Shown here piece by piece: positions 33,769 to 45,599 of a stretch of DNA of 64,000 bases. The stretch's first letter is position 1, and the number at the start of each line of letters is the position of its first letter. Both the position numbers and the translations under genes were made by a program. The stretch is from Chlorokybus atmophyticus (lineage: Eukaryota > Plantae > Mesostigma and Chlorokybus algae). The notes beneath the pieces were generated by a model that made no database searches, had not been told where the DNA came from, and was given only the letters and a program-made list of their open reading frames with translations. The stretch spans positions 54,212-118,211 of the forward strand of contig RHPI01002619.1 of NCBI GenBank assembly GCA_009103225.1, written 5' to 3'.

Positions 33769-36416
33769 CGACGCCATCAAAGGCTGTGATTATAATGCCA
33801 ACTGCTAACTCTTTAAGGTGTAGGGACCAAGTGCAGTGTGTTACTGTTTACCACATGGGGTGTTGCCATCGATGTCCCAGAGATTGTGTTGTTATTGTTG
33901 TCCGCGTCATACCAACCGCTCATGATATCCACGCCCTGAGCCACAACCGCCACGAGTCAAGACTCAGAGTCAGTCTGAACAATCAACACGCACGACGCCA
34001 GATGTGTTGATGTGTATGCTTACAGGTCCGTAAACGTCAACGCAAGTGCCCCAGTTGCTGAAGGATGCGCGCGTGTCCGTGTAGTCGCTGGCAGCAACTG
34101 TGATCGCTGTCGGCTCTCGTGCTGGGGACGATAAGCATGCATCCGCATTATCATTGCCCGCTGCCACCACCACCGTTGTACCACTGTTCAACAATCACTG
34201 GCTCAGTTGAAACACTTGCGCATCTGTGACTGGTTCAACAATGCGTGCATGTATGCCCACGCACCCACGCGCATGCATGTGTGCGCGCATTGTGTGCGTG
34301 TATTGAGCGCGTGCATGAGCGCGTGCTTCAAACACGTGCGTGCGATACCTAGCGACAAGTTGTTGGATGGCGAGGTCAACTGAGCTAGACGCAGCTCCAC
34401 CGATGGACATGTTGACGACGTTGGGCTTCTTCCCGTTGGTGCGCACCCAATCCAAGCCCGCTGTGATCTGCGACCACAGACCGCTCCCGAGACAGTTCAA
34501 ACCCTTGACTGCACGTGAGCAACATACAGAGTCAGATTGTGTTGTGTGATGGACTTCAACTCTTGCACGCACGCACACACAACATCATCATCTCACCTCC
34601 CCAGATGGTGACGTTCTTAGCGACGCCGAAGGTCTGGCCGCCGACCGTGCCGGCAACATGGGTGCCGTGGCCGTTGCAGTCAACACCATAACCGGCGGAC
34701 TCGTTGATGGCATCGAATGCGACCTGCGCCCTTGAGTTGCCCTTACTGTCCTTGAACTGCACGTGCGACGCCCTTATGCCCTGCACATGGAGATGCATCA
34801 GTACAGCTGAGTATGATGTGATGCATCTTAATTTGCAAGTCAACCAACCAAGTCCTCAGCTGCTTACTGTATCAACAATGTAAGCGTTCACGCCCGTGCC
34901 GTCGCTCGTGTACGAGTACAGCTTGTCGAGGGGGAGGTCATGCTGGTTGATGCGGTCCAGACCCCATATGGGATTGTACTGCAGCCGCAAGCAGACGAGT
35001 TGGTAAGGTTTTGTTAGGTGTTGCACTTGCAGTCGTACATGTTTTATACGTGTTTACTCCACCTGCCGGGTTGTTGTCTTGATTGTGATGAGCGCATCCG
35101 CCTCCGCAAACAGCACGCTGGACTTGTACATCTGTTGCGACAGAGTGAGTTGTCTGTACTTGAATTACAGCGTGAAGTGTCCAGCTGTTGCTGCTCAGCC
35201 TTACTTGCAGAAACGCGCGAAGGTTGCTTTGATCTAGCGTGACGGCCACCCCTTGTATGACAGACTTGTATGTGAAGGTGCAGGTGCCATTGAACTTGTT
35301 GTACGACTCGGATGCCGCCTGAGGTAGCATGTCAGTTCAAATCGCTACTACAAAATAGTGTGCGCGCAAGCTTAAAAATCATGCGCACACGCATGCACCC
35401 ACACGCACAGGTGGGTGCGAACATGCACACGCACATGTACATGCGCATGCGGATGCGCAAGCGGATTTTCACGCACACTCACACACGCGCACATACACAC
35501 GTGATTACGCATGCTCGTGCACGCACAGGCACACCCGCCCGCCCACGCCCACACACACACACACATTACCACCGCTCCCACACAACCTCCCTCCCACTCA
35601 CCAGCTTGCACGCGTTGGCCGCTTCCTTTGCCGCCACCTGCCCGCCCGTCGGTCTCCACACGATGATCCAGCGGTCGCCTCCATCATCTTTACTCGTGGA
35701 CGCCACGTCCTCGAGGGAGAGAGTCGGGTCGGGGATATTGTAGATGGGGGGAAGACCCTCCTCCAACATCCAACCACCTAACAACAACACTCGCTGAGTG
35801 GTCATTTGCGTGGGTGATTGTTATTTTTTCTTGCCATGGACATCGCATTGTGGTTGATGTGAGATGAGATCTGTAAAGCACAGGTGTAGAGTGTTGGCTT
35901 CTTGATATTGGTTGTTCGAAGATTACAGAGTTCTTGTGTCGTTGAGGTACGTTATCACCCACAATGTGCGTGCGGGGTTGGTGTGGGCGTCTACTTTTTG
36001 TGAAATAACACTGCACGAGTGCCAAGCCAACCAAGTGGCATGAAATGTCCTGACGCGATCATCGTCGTCGAGCTCCCAGCATTGGAGTGCATTGCCGTAA
36101 ACACAACGCTTTGTAGGTGCAGGTAGATGTAGGCGTGTTGTTAAGCAGTTGTTGTTGTGGATTAATCTGTTGTGTGGGTTTTTCAAGCGTTCATCACGAC
36201 TCTGCACGCTCCCCCCCCCATCACACTCGCATCATCCTCACCTGGCCTGCGTCCCTGTATCTCCGCCTCCTGGGGGGTCTCCTGCCTCGGGTACGCCTGG
36301 TTGGCACCATCCTTAGCGGCATCAACCACCACAGCGCCGCCCCCGACAAGGACAAGCACAACGGCGGCAGTCAGGAGGAGGAATACACCCCTCCTCCTGT
36401 GAGTCACAGCCGCCAT
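28631..36416 (-). CDS. Paralogous multi-exon type-I membrane subtilase (copy D), same architecture as 3381-10805 plus an extra PPC-like beta-sandwich domain and a long cytosolic tail
   Basis: Signal peptide [26 protein letters not shown]. Catalytic motifs GVNAYIVDT (~34870), NGHGTHVAG (~34660), AAGND (~34155) and [10 protein letters not shown] (~33860). SPPP-rich exon 31375-32250. The last exon is covered by the 824-aa ORF 28631-31105, with TSP1, EGF and TM. Confidence 0.88.
33717..33766. repeat. (GAT)n microsatellite in a subtilase D intron
   Basis: Trinucleotide run located between the GTSMATPHV exon and the TGVAALYL exon. Confidence 0.9.
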
Positions 36417-36634
36417 GGCCGCTGCGGTGGGGCTCACTCACTCCTGCCCTACCCTGGCCTAACCTCCCCCCTTCCCTCTACTCTCAACCATGACCAGCGT
36501 CACACCAACATCAACAAGGAACGAGGAGAACGACAAGGCGGCGGTGGTGAAGTGTGACGTTTTCTTACGCACGCACGCTATTTGTGGGGCAGAGTGACAG
36601 AAACGCTCCCCCCCCTGTCATAATGGACAAAAGT

Positions 36635-36646
36635 TGTCACGTGACA
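36635..36646. promoter_or_regulatory. Palindromic G-box TGTCACGTGACA between the divergent subtilase D and PPO genes
   Basis: Perfect 12-bp palindrome with a CACGTG core. Confidence 0.45.
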
Positions 36647-36930
36647 TATAGCGGAAGGGAAGCTATTGCAGCTTCCGTACAGCGGAAGGTATCCAGGGTA
36701 CCAGGTAGCTCGTAAACGTGCCTTCCCGTTCCTTCCGTCGTGAACGCGCTGACGTGTCCTACCTCAGCCAATGAGAGCGGAGCAGTACCAAGGATAAGTC
36801 TGTATCTTTGTGTCAGTCTAAGCCGTCGACTGAGCTCTACGGACTGCATCGGACGGCTGCTCTTGGCCGGAGCGGCGGTGTCCCTGGCATTGTCGGCGGT
36901 GTCGGTGGCATTGTCGGTGGTGTAGCGATC

Positions 36931-39900
36931 ATGGCGGCGGCGGCGCAGGTGGGGCCAATGATCGCGAGCATTGATGCGGTGCGCAGTGACTTCCGCATGC
37001 CTGGTGCGGTGGGCTTGCGGCGGCAGCAGCGGCAGGAGACGCCTCAGAGCAGGGCGCTGAGCGCCCCACAGACGGCAGGATGCCGCAGGAGTGGAAGGCT
37101 GTGCGTGAGGGCTACTCAGGTCGAGAAAGCTAGAGTTTTGAGGAGCAATGCATGTGTAGTTCACATGCACATTGTGTTTACAGAATAGCAGCCTGGGGAT
37201 ATGCTTGGGCACGCATGCAAACTGCTTGCGGCCTTGCTGAATGGCGTTAGTAACGTAGCAAGTTGAGCTCGCGCATTTCGCGGAAGTCTTAGTATTTGTC
37301 ATTGCGCATTGGGTTTGCACAGTCAGCATGTTGGTGTTGATGCATGCACTGGTTGTTTCATACACACAGGCAGGTTCTGTGGGCGCAAACGATAAGCAAG
37401 AGGTGCCGTGCATCTCTGCGTCATGACTAGCCCAAGTAGGATGTGCATGCCTATGTGCATGCAAGCAAATTCCGATACCATGCAGCCTTCCGTCGCTCTG
37501 AACTGTGCATGACATAGTGCTTGCCAAGAAATCATCTAACGTGAGCAAACAGATGACGTTGTCACGCAGTATGCTAGTATAGTATAATATATGTATAACC
37601 CCTTCCAAAAACAAGCGCATCAGGCAGTTCAACACTTGCAGCGCCCAATATTTCTGCATTTCACGCTAAGCTTCCACCTAGATGCACACTGCTTCCGCGT
37701 CATGACTACTATGCATCCCACCATCCAACAGACCGTCGTCATCATCACCACCCAGTACACTCACCTCACTCGCACCCTTTTTTCCCCACCCAGGCCCCAG
37801 CGAAGCAGAGCACAGGCGCAGGGCCCCCCTCCTCCTCCTCCTCCTCCTCCTCCTCTCCCCTCGACGTCGTGATCGTCGGCGCCGGCGTCTCCGGCCTCTG
37901 CACCGCGGCCGCCCTCACGACGGACCACGCGATGGCGCGCGTCCTGGTGACCGAGGGGCGGGAGCGCGTCGGGGGGAACATTACGACGGTCAGGGACGAG
38001 GAAGGGGGGTTCACGTGGGAAGAAGGGCCGAATAGCTTCCAGCCGGGAGTACCCATGATGAAGATGGCGGTGAGGATGGGAGATAAGGGGCATGGGGATG
38101 GTTGGGATACTTGATACGCAAGCATGCATTCGCATACGCGCATGCACATGTACTCACATGTGTGCCACTGCTCTCTTAACGCACTGCTCGATAGGTTGAA
38201 GGAGGAGTTGTTGTTTGCATGCATGTATGCATGCATGCATGCACATCTACACACCCGCGCATGAAAGCGCACACAAACATGCAGCTCCTCATTGCCATAT
38301 GTTGGGGTAGGTCGATATGGGTGTCAAGGACGAGTTGGTCTTCGGTGACCCGGACGCACCGCGGTTCGTGTATTGGGAGGGCAAATTGCGTCCCGTCCCG
38401 GGCGGGATCGGCGACCTGCCGTTCTTCGACCTGCTCTCGCCGATCGGAAAGATACGCGCCGGGCTGGGCGCACTAGGCATACGCCCCAAAGCGCCGGTAC
38501 GAGTTGTGTTGAATGGTTCCATAGTATGAGTGTATGAGTGAGCATACGTGTGAGAGTGTGAGTGGTTCTATGTTATAAACCATAAAATGTGCCATACAGT
38601 CACAACTTGGCATTGCATGGCACATTGTAACCACAACGTGTGCCATATAAGCACCACCTGGCACATGAACCCACACCCAACTGTGTGGTGCGCCCCTCCC
38701 TGTGCTTAGCCATGATATGCCAAGAGTGTGTTGTTAGGATTTCTTTCTCACTGGCGATTGCAAGTGCAGGGCTTTGAGGAGACTGTGGAGCAGTTTGTGC
38801 GGCGCAATCTTGGTGCAGAGGTGTTTGAGCGCTGCATAGAGCCATTCTGCTCAGGTGGGGCCGCAAGTCATAGGCTTTGCTAATGACATGTCAAGTTGGT
38901 CACCACTTCTTTACTATTGCTGGCGTGTGTATCAGGTGTGTACGCTGGCGATCCCACAAAGCTCAGCATGAAGGCGGCTTTCGGCAAGGTGCACAGGTTA
39001 GAAGACATCGGCGGCAGCATTGTTGGCGGCTCATTCAAGCTGATACAAGATCGCAAGAAGAACCCTCCACCACCAGCAGACCCGTAAGTTGCGCGTGACA
39101 GAAGTAGTTTCTTTAAATGAACTCGCGAATAAGGTGCATCAGTGCGCACACTTGTAAGATACAAAGGATGTCAAGTTCTAGCGCACTCTGTCTCGCAAGC
39201 GCTACGAGACAGTGTGCGTAGCTAGAAGTGAATCAGTGGGCATAGCTAGAATGCATTCGTAGCAGACAACTACTGTGAGATGACAGTACTGCCACAGAGG
39301 GTTTGACACAGTCAGATTGCACACTGCATTGGTTCAACTTGGTCGAGCTGCGCGTATTGCATGCAAGTCATGCCATTGCTGCTGCTGTCATACAGGAGGC
39401 TACCGAAGCCAAAGGGGCAAACTGTCGGCTCATTCAGGAAAGGGTTGATAACGCTGCCGAACGCCATTGCCGCAAGGTTTGTGTTTAGAACAACACTGTG
39501 TAAATGGTTGTAGTGGTTATGAACGAGTTGTTCGATGGAGAATCCGCTTTGCAGGCTTGGCGACAAGATCAAGGTGAACTGGAAGCTCAAATCACTTCAG
39601 AAAAAGGGCAACCTGTTCTACTTGTCGTATGATACTCCAGACGGGCCGACTGAAGTTGAAGCACGCTCGGTTATACTCACGACACCTTCATATGTCGCAG
39701 CTGATATTCTGAGGGATGCAGCAGTAAGTGCCGATACTCGTCTGTTAGTATTGTGACTTCATATCAAGTCATGACTGAGTCGAGTCACTTGTTGCAGCCT
39801 TCAGCTTCAAAGGCCCTGGAGAAGTTCTACTACCCTCCTGTGGGCGCCGTCACGATATCGTACCCGTTGTCCGCCGTCCGACCAGACCGACTGAAAGACG

Positions 39901-40587
39901 GCCAGCTGCCCGGCTTTGGCCAGTTGCATCCGCGCTCGCAAGGAATTACAACTCTAGGTGAGCAAGCAATGCTTGGCACGTGTGCACCCATGCGCTTACG
40001 CACATACCAGGGTGCGCACACGCACGCACATGCATGCTTGTGCTCGTGCTTGCGCTTGCTCGGGCACACAGATCAACCTAACACAAGCTGTGAGTTGTTG
40101 CTGATATGCACTGTTGTTGTCAGGTACTATATACAGCTCATCGTTGTTCCCGAACCGCTGCCCCGACGATCGTGTCCTGCTGCTCAACTACATCGGTGGC
40201 GCACAGAACACCGGCATCTTGCAACAGGCAAGCCTGTCAGTTACTGTTAGCCTCCATCTCACCACACTGCTTTGTTAACACTGTTGTATGTCTCCGCAGT
40301 CGCACGACGACTTGGTGAATCAAGTCGACAAGGACGTCCGCACGATGTTGATCAAGCCTGATGCGGGCAAGCCTCACGTGTGCGGCGTGCGCGTGTGGCC
40401 GCGCGCCATCCCGCAGTTCCTCGTCGGTCACTTGGACACGCTCGCGGAGGCACGCGCGGGTGTCGCCGCGGAGGGACTCGAGGGACTCTTCCTTGGAGGC
40501 AACTATGCTGGTGGAGTCGCGCTCGGAAGATGCGTGGAGTACGCTTATGAGTGTGCAGCGGAAGTCGCTGCGTACGCTACGAAATGA
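36931..40587 (+). CDS. PPOX: Protoporphyrinogen IX oxidase, plastid (HemY type)
   Basis: Transit peptide, then [11 protein letters not shown] (FAD binding), [61 protein letters not shown] and [15 protein letters not shown]. Confidence 0.96.
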
Positions 40588-41266
40588 GGATTGTCGTGTG
40601 TGTTGATGGAGTGTTACCCTTCAACAACTAGCTGTATGGATTGCAAGCGGCCAGTGCCTGCCTGTAGTGTACAGAGATTACGCCTTTTGTAAAGTCTGCC
40701 GGTGCTCGCTTGTGCTATGCTGGGTTAGATCACCATTGCCAAGCCCAGCACTAGCAATTGCGAGGATCACATAGTAACGTGTGCAACACAACCGAGATAC
40801 CGCTGTTCACGCAAGCTCAGCCACCACAAAAGCCATGAAACATTGCAATGGGAACATTAAAAGGGCTTGTGTTCAACAAACGATTTGTTGCAACATACTG
40901 ATTTTTCCAATTCTACCAATTGGGGTGGGCAATATGTTGCGCGCGCGCACCGAGCACATTGCAATTGCATGGCACGCACCATGCACTCAATCAATCCTGA
41001 CACGCGAGATGCATACACGATTGGTATAAGATGAATTTGGTGTTAAGAGTTGAGCACTTAGTTGCTGGTTGGACCCGTGTAATTGTCATCATCTACACAA
41101 TGCAGTGTACAGCAGTATACCACGCCCTGCACAAGGCTCAGCCCTGGTAAAGCTTCCAAGCCCTATGCCAAGGAGCAAATCGGGCGGTGTATACTTCGAC
41201 ATCGGACTTGCTTCAACCTCCCAGTTGCAACCAACGGAACAAGCAAGCCAACAAACCACTGCCTGG

Positions 41267-42017
41267 TCAGCCTAGTTTCAACGTGAACGGCAGCGGATCC
41301 TTCAGCGCCGTCACATGCGTCTCTCCCCACACCTGTTCCACCGTGGGCATCCTCGTTATCTCGTCGACCACCCTCATGTCCTCTTCCTTCACCACCCCAA
41401 ACACGTTGAACGCGTTGCCCCACTCGGGATGGTCCGCCACAGCGATGAAGAAGTCTGGGCCGGACCCGATCATGCACGCGTGGCCGCGCTTGACGACGGG
41501 GCCGGGCTCGTTGGGGAGATCGGGACCGGACTTGCCGGCGGGCCACATGTCGGGGACGGAAAAACCGCCTTGGACGAGGGCGTAGGGAGGACCGTAGGGT
41601 TTCTGGAAGACACACAATGCATGACGTGTTATGCACATCCCTGGTGCCAAAGAACGAGTGCACACATGCACATCCCAACGCATGCGCACCCATGTGTGCT
41701 TGCGCACGCATGCATGCACGCATACATGTACACACACGCACACCTAAGCACATGCGCACTGCACATACCTCCCATATCTTCTCTGCTCGATAGAACCTGC
41801 ATCCTGAGCCGCACTTGGACCCTTCTGCAATGCGCTTCACGAAGGCTGCTGAAGTTGGCGCCAGCTCCGGCTGAAGCTGCACGTTGAAATGAAAGGCACA
41901 TGAGGGGCTTTGTTGTTGCAGCACAGACAATATCAAATGACACACAGCAAACTCGCATACCTCGATAGGGATGTCGCCAAGATGAGTCCCGATCACAACC
42001 ATCACCTGAGCCTGCAT
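41267..42017 (-). CDS. Cyclophilin-like domain protein (plant At4g17070-like family, from recall); either a separate gene or 3' exons of the HPAT gene upstream
   Basis: Three phase-0 exons: AQVMVVIGTHLGDIPIE|LQPELAPTSAAFVKRIAEGSKCGSGCRFYRAEKIWE|KPYGPPYALVQG...GSGPDFFIAVADHPEWGNAFNVFGVV...LKLG-stop. Confidence 0.75.
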
Positions 42018-42148
42018 AGATACGGGTTTCAGTCAAGTTCGTCCTTGACTCATAACTGAGAATGCAACATTTGTGTTTGCGCTGTCTAAGTCAAGTTGAG
42101 ACAACACCATCCCGCAAAGCATTGTTGTGTGTTTGTGAGCGACACAAG

Positions 42149-44811
42149 GTCACCGTTGCGCTTCCTGTTGTTTCCGCTGCTTGGCTTCGCGCTCTTCTCG
42201 CTCCCGCTTCTCCACCTCCACACGAGTAGCACGCGCCACGTCGCCCGGCTCACTCGCCTGCAGCAGTCAACAACCCAACATGTTAATATCCACCAACATG
42301 TTATTCACCAACACAACATCCCAACATATACTTCTGCAACAACATACCTGGAAGGCTGCTTCAAACGTGGTGAAACCCTTCGGCAGGCCGTTATTCTCCG
42401 CGTTGATAATGTCCACCGCTTCGTTGAATATCGAAGCCTCAAGCCTCAAGATATCCATCAAGTCCTGTCAACAAACCATGTGCATTAGCTGAAAAAACAA
42501 TACAGTGAGTCTAGTATAAACCAGAGGCCACACGCACGTACTTTTTTGACGGGTTCGTGCCGAAACCATTCTTGCAAGAAATATGTCTCGGGCTGCCATT
42601 CTGGTAATTCGGGTATCCTTCCCAGCTTGAAATTGGTGTTGTGGTACTCACCCTTCATGTACGAGCGCTTGTCGAAAGTCCATATCTGCAACAAAGTGAG
42701 GTCAACAGACGGCGATGGTAGGCAAAATGAAAGCCAAGGGAAATCATATCACAGTGTCTGTACACAGCCAATGTGATATGCCTTGATTGACTCCTTGTTC
42801 TGCAAGCGCACCACCTCACGCTTTCGCAACCACACATGGGTGCGCGCATGCACGCTCCCATGCACACATCTGCGCTTACGCATGCGCGCATGCATGCGCG
42901 CGCACATGCACACGCTGATACGCAACTACATAAATGCGCGTGCGCGTGCACACAAACACAAAGAACAGCAGACACTTCTGTGATTCTGCGCGTGCGCACG
43001 CACATGCACGCATGCACATCTGGCTCCACGTCACAACTAGTCACCCTTCTCACCATAGTGTACTCGTATTTATCAGCGGGCCCGCTCCTCGTATACATCT
43101 CCGTCCCCCACGTATAATGCATCATAGCCGCCTCCCCCGTTCTCCTATCCGCCGGCGGCTGCACCATCAAGGTATTATCGGGTACCGTCGTGAGGTCCAG
43201 ACTCACGCGTGCCTTGGCGCACGCGATCGAGAAGGCGTACATCTCGCGCACCCAACCGAGCGTCTCCACGGCCTCGGGGTCGCGCTCCATCTTGGCGACG
43301 ACGAGCTCCCACTCGGCGACCTGGCAACGTTGTGTGCATGTGTTGGTGATGAATGTGTGCGTGCATGCCTGTATACGTGCGTGTGAGTATATGAGCGGAC
43401 ATTTGTGACGGTACTATTACAATTGTGCACACCCTGCTTCCCTATGTGCGTGTGCACACATAGGGAAGCAGGGTGTGCACACTTGTGGTACCCAGACACC
43501 TTACCTAGACATCTTATCACAGGTGTATGCCTGATGCCAGACGCATACAGTGCCACCACACACACAAGCACTCCTCATACCACGCGTTTCATGTCGTCGC
43601 TGCGCATGAGTATGGGTGCATTGCCGGTGGCCGGGATGTCCGACACGGGGCCGAGCTCTGGCGGGTACAACCGCTCGAGGACTTGCTTCAGCGCGGGATT
43701 GCGCGGCGCGATGTACCTGAGGATGGGTCGATAAATACACACATACACACATTCACCGGCATGTGCGTGCACAAGTGAGATAAGAGTCGTACCCGAAGGG
43801 GAAGCCTATGCCCTGGCCGGGCTGGAGGCTGGGGGGCGGAATGGCTTTCATGAGCAAGTAGTCTGTCTCTCCGAGCAGGATGTGCTCTGCAGGAGACAGA
43901 AGGTCACGCAATCAACAACACCACCACCAACAACTATAACAACAACAACCATCGCACCAACAACGACAACCATCAGCAACCATCAACAACCATCGCAGCA
44001 ACAACAACAACGACCATTCAAAGAACATGCAATCCTAGGACATGCTCTCACGCACACAGATGTACTCTCATACGCACGTGCTCACAGTCATGCACGTGCA
44101 CTCTCACCGCACTGCTTCGCGTCCTCCGTCTCCATCCACTCCCGCAGCGCCGCCGACCTGTCCGCCACGGGGTAGCTGCACCACAGGTCGCAGTCGGGGT
44201 GCTTCGTATCAAACCGAGCAGTGGGCACCTCGAATACAAGGTCGTCGGGAGTCCTGAGGAGGAGAAGTTGTGGTTAATGTAGTTATTGTTGTTGTGGTTG
44301 TGGTTGTGATTGTGGTTGTTGCTGTTGCTGTTGTTGTTGTTGTTGTTATGCTTCCTGCTCTTGCTCTTGTCCTTGTTCTTGCTCTTGCTGCTTTTGTATG
44401 TCCTTGTTGTTGTATTGTACAGAATACAAGTAACTGACAAACTACTCACATGCGGTGGAGTACTCGTGTGAATGCGTGTAGTCCACTAGAGGGTTCGTTC
44501 TTGTGTTTGAGGAAGGTTTGGTATAGGACGCGGGTCTGCCAGTTCATGTACGGGCTGCCGTTGCTCGTGATCACAAAGTGGATGCCGGGATGCTTGCCAC
44601 TGGAAGCCTGTGGTGGATGTGGTGTAATGGTGAATGTGTGCATGCAATGCATACGAAACAAGGTGAGTAAACGTCTGTAGTGATTTGTAGTGTGTGTTGC
44701 ATGTCCGGCTTCACGATTTGCATTGCGCTGTATCCAACCTTGGTTGTTTGTTGTTCTTGTCGTTGCTGCTCTTCTTTTGCTCGTTGACCTTCTTGTTGCT
44801 GTTGTTGTTGC

Positions 44812-44851
<40 letters not shown>

Positions 44852-45125
44852 TGCGCTCATCAACTACAACTGCAACCTTCTCAGCAACCTTCGCTACTCC
44901 ACTGCCAACGTCGCCAGTCTCAACGATACCACCACCATGTCCATCACCTCCTCCTCCTCCTCCACCACCTCCTCCGCCGCCGCCGCCGCCGTTAGGCAAG
45001 TGTACTATCGACGCCCACGTGGACAGCAGCAGCACCCCGACAAACCCGCCGAGGAAACCGAACCCCACGAACGCCGCGATTGCGGCTGGGGAAGGCCCGC
45101 GAGGGCGCCGACCACCGCGCCTCAT
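42149..45125 (-). CDS. HPAT: Hydroxyproline O-arabinosyltransferase (GT95/HPAT-like), type II membrane, copy 1
   Basis: N-terminal TM and Gly/Gln-rich stem, then ITSNGSPYMNWQTRVLYQTF, FTRVLHR, YPVADRSAAL, ETDYLLMK, GFPFGY, GNAPILM, LGWVREMYAFSIACA, MVQPPAD, MHYTWG and WTFDKRSY. Confidence 0.88.
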
Positions 45126-45599
45126 CGCGACGACAGCACCACCACCGACGACGACGAGGAGGAGGAGGAGGATGACCCCGGCAATGCCGCCGCCTGGCTG
45201 AGGGTAATATTCCGTGTCAAACAGTTACACTTTGGGCCCAAGCAAAGGAAGTTCCTCAAACTACTTTCCTAGCGGCTTCCCGGTTTGAACCTCCGTAACA
45301 ACTTCCTACGTAAGGCTTCCGTTTGGTTGCCCTGATTAACAAACAACTTCCGTGTGATCGCAGGCTTTGACAGCACTCAGCGGCATTGCTTTGCTAGCGG
45401 CGGTGGCGGTGTTGGGGTTGTTGTCGTTGCTGGGATGATGAGGGGGGTTGTCGAGCACAGGATGAGAGCGCTTGCTGACAGCTGAAAAATGGCTGCCTGC
45501 CTGCCTGCCTGCCTGCCTGATGAGGTCAGGAGGAGCGCGGGAGACGTGTCCTCCTCCTTGAGGTGAGAGAGAGTCTGGTAGGCCTGCTAGGTTGCCGCC

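Noticed and set aside
36637-37659. 340-aa minus-strand ORF
   Set aside because: Antisense to PPO exon 1 and intron 1, with no recognisable domain and composition typical of intron sequence.
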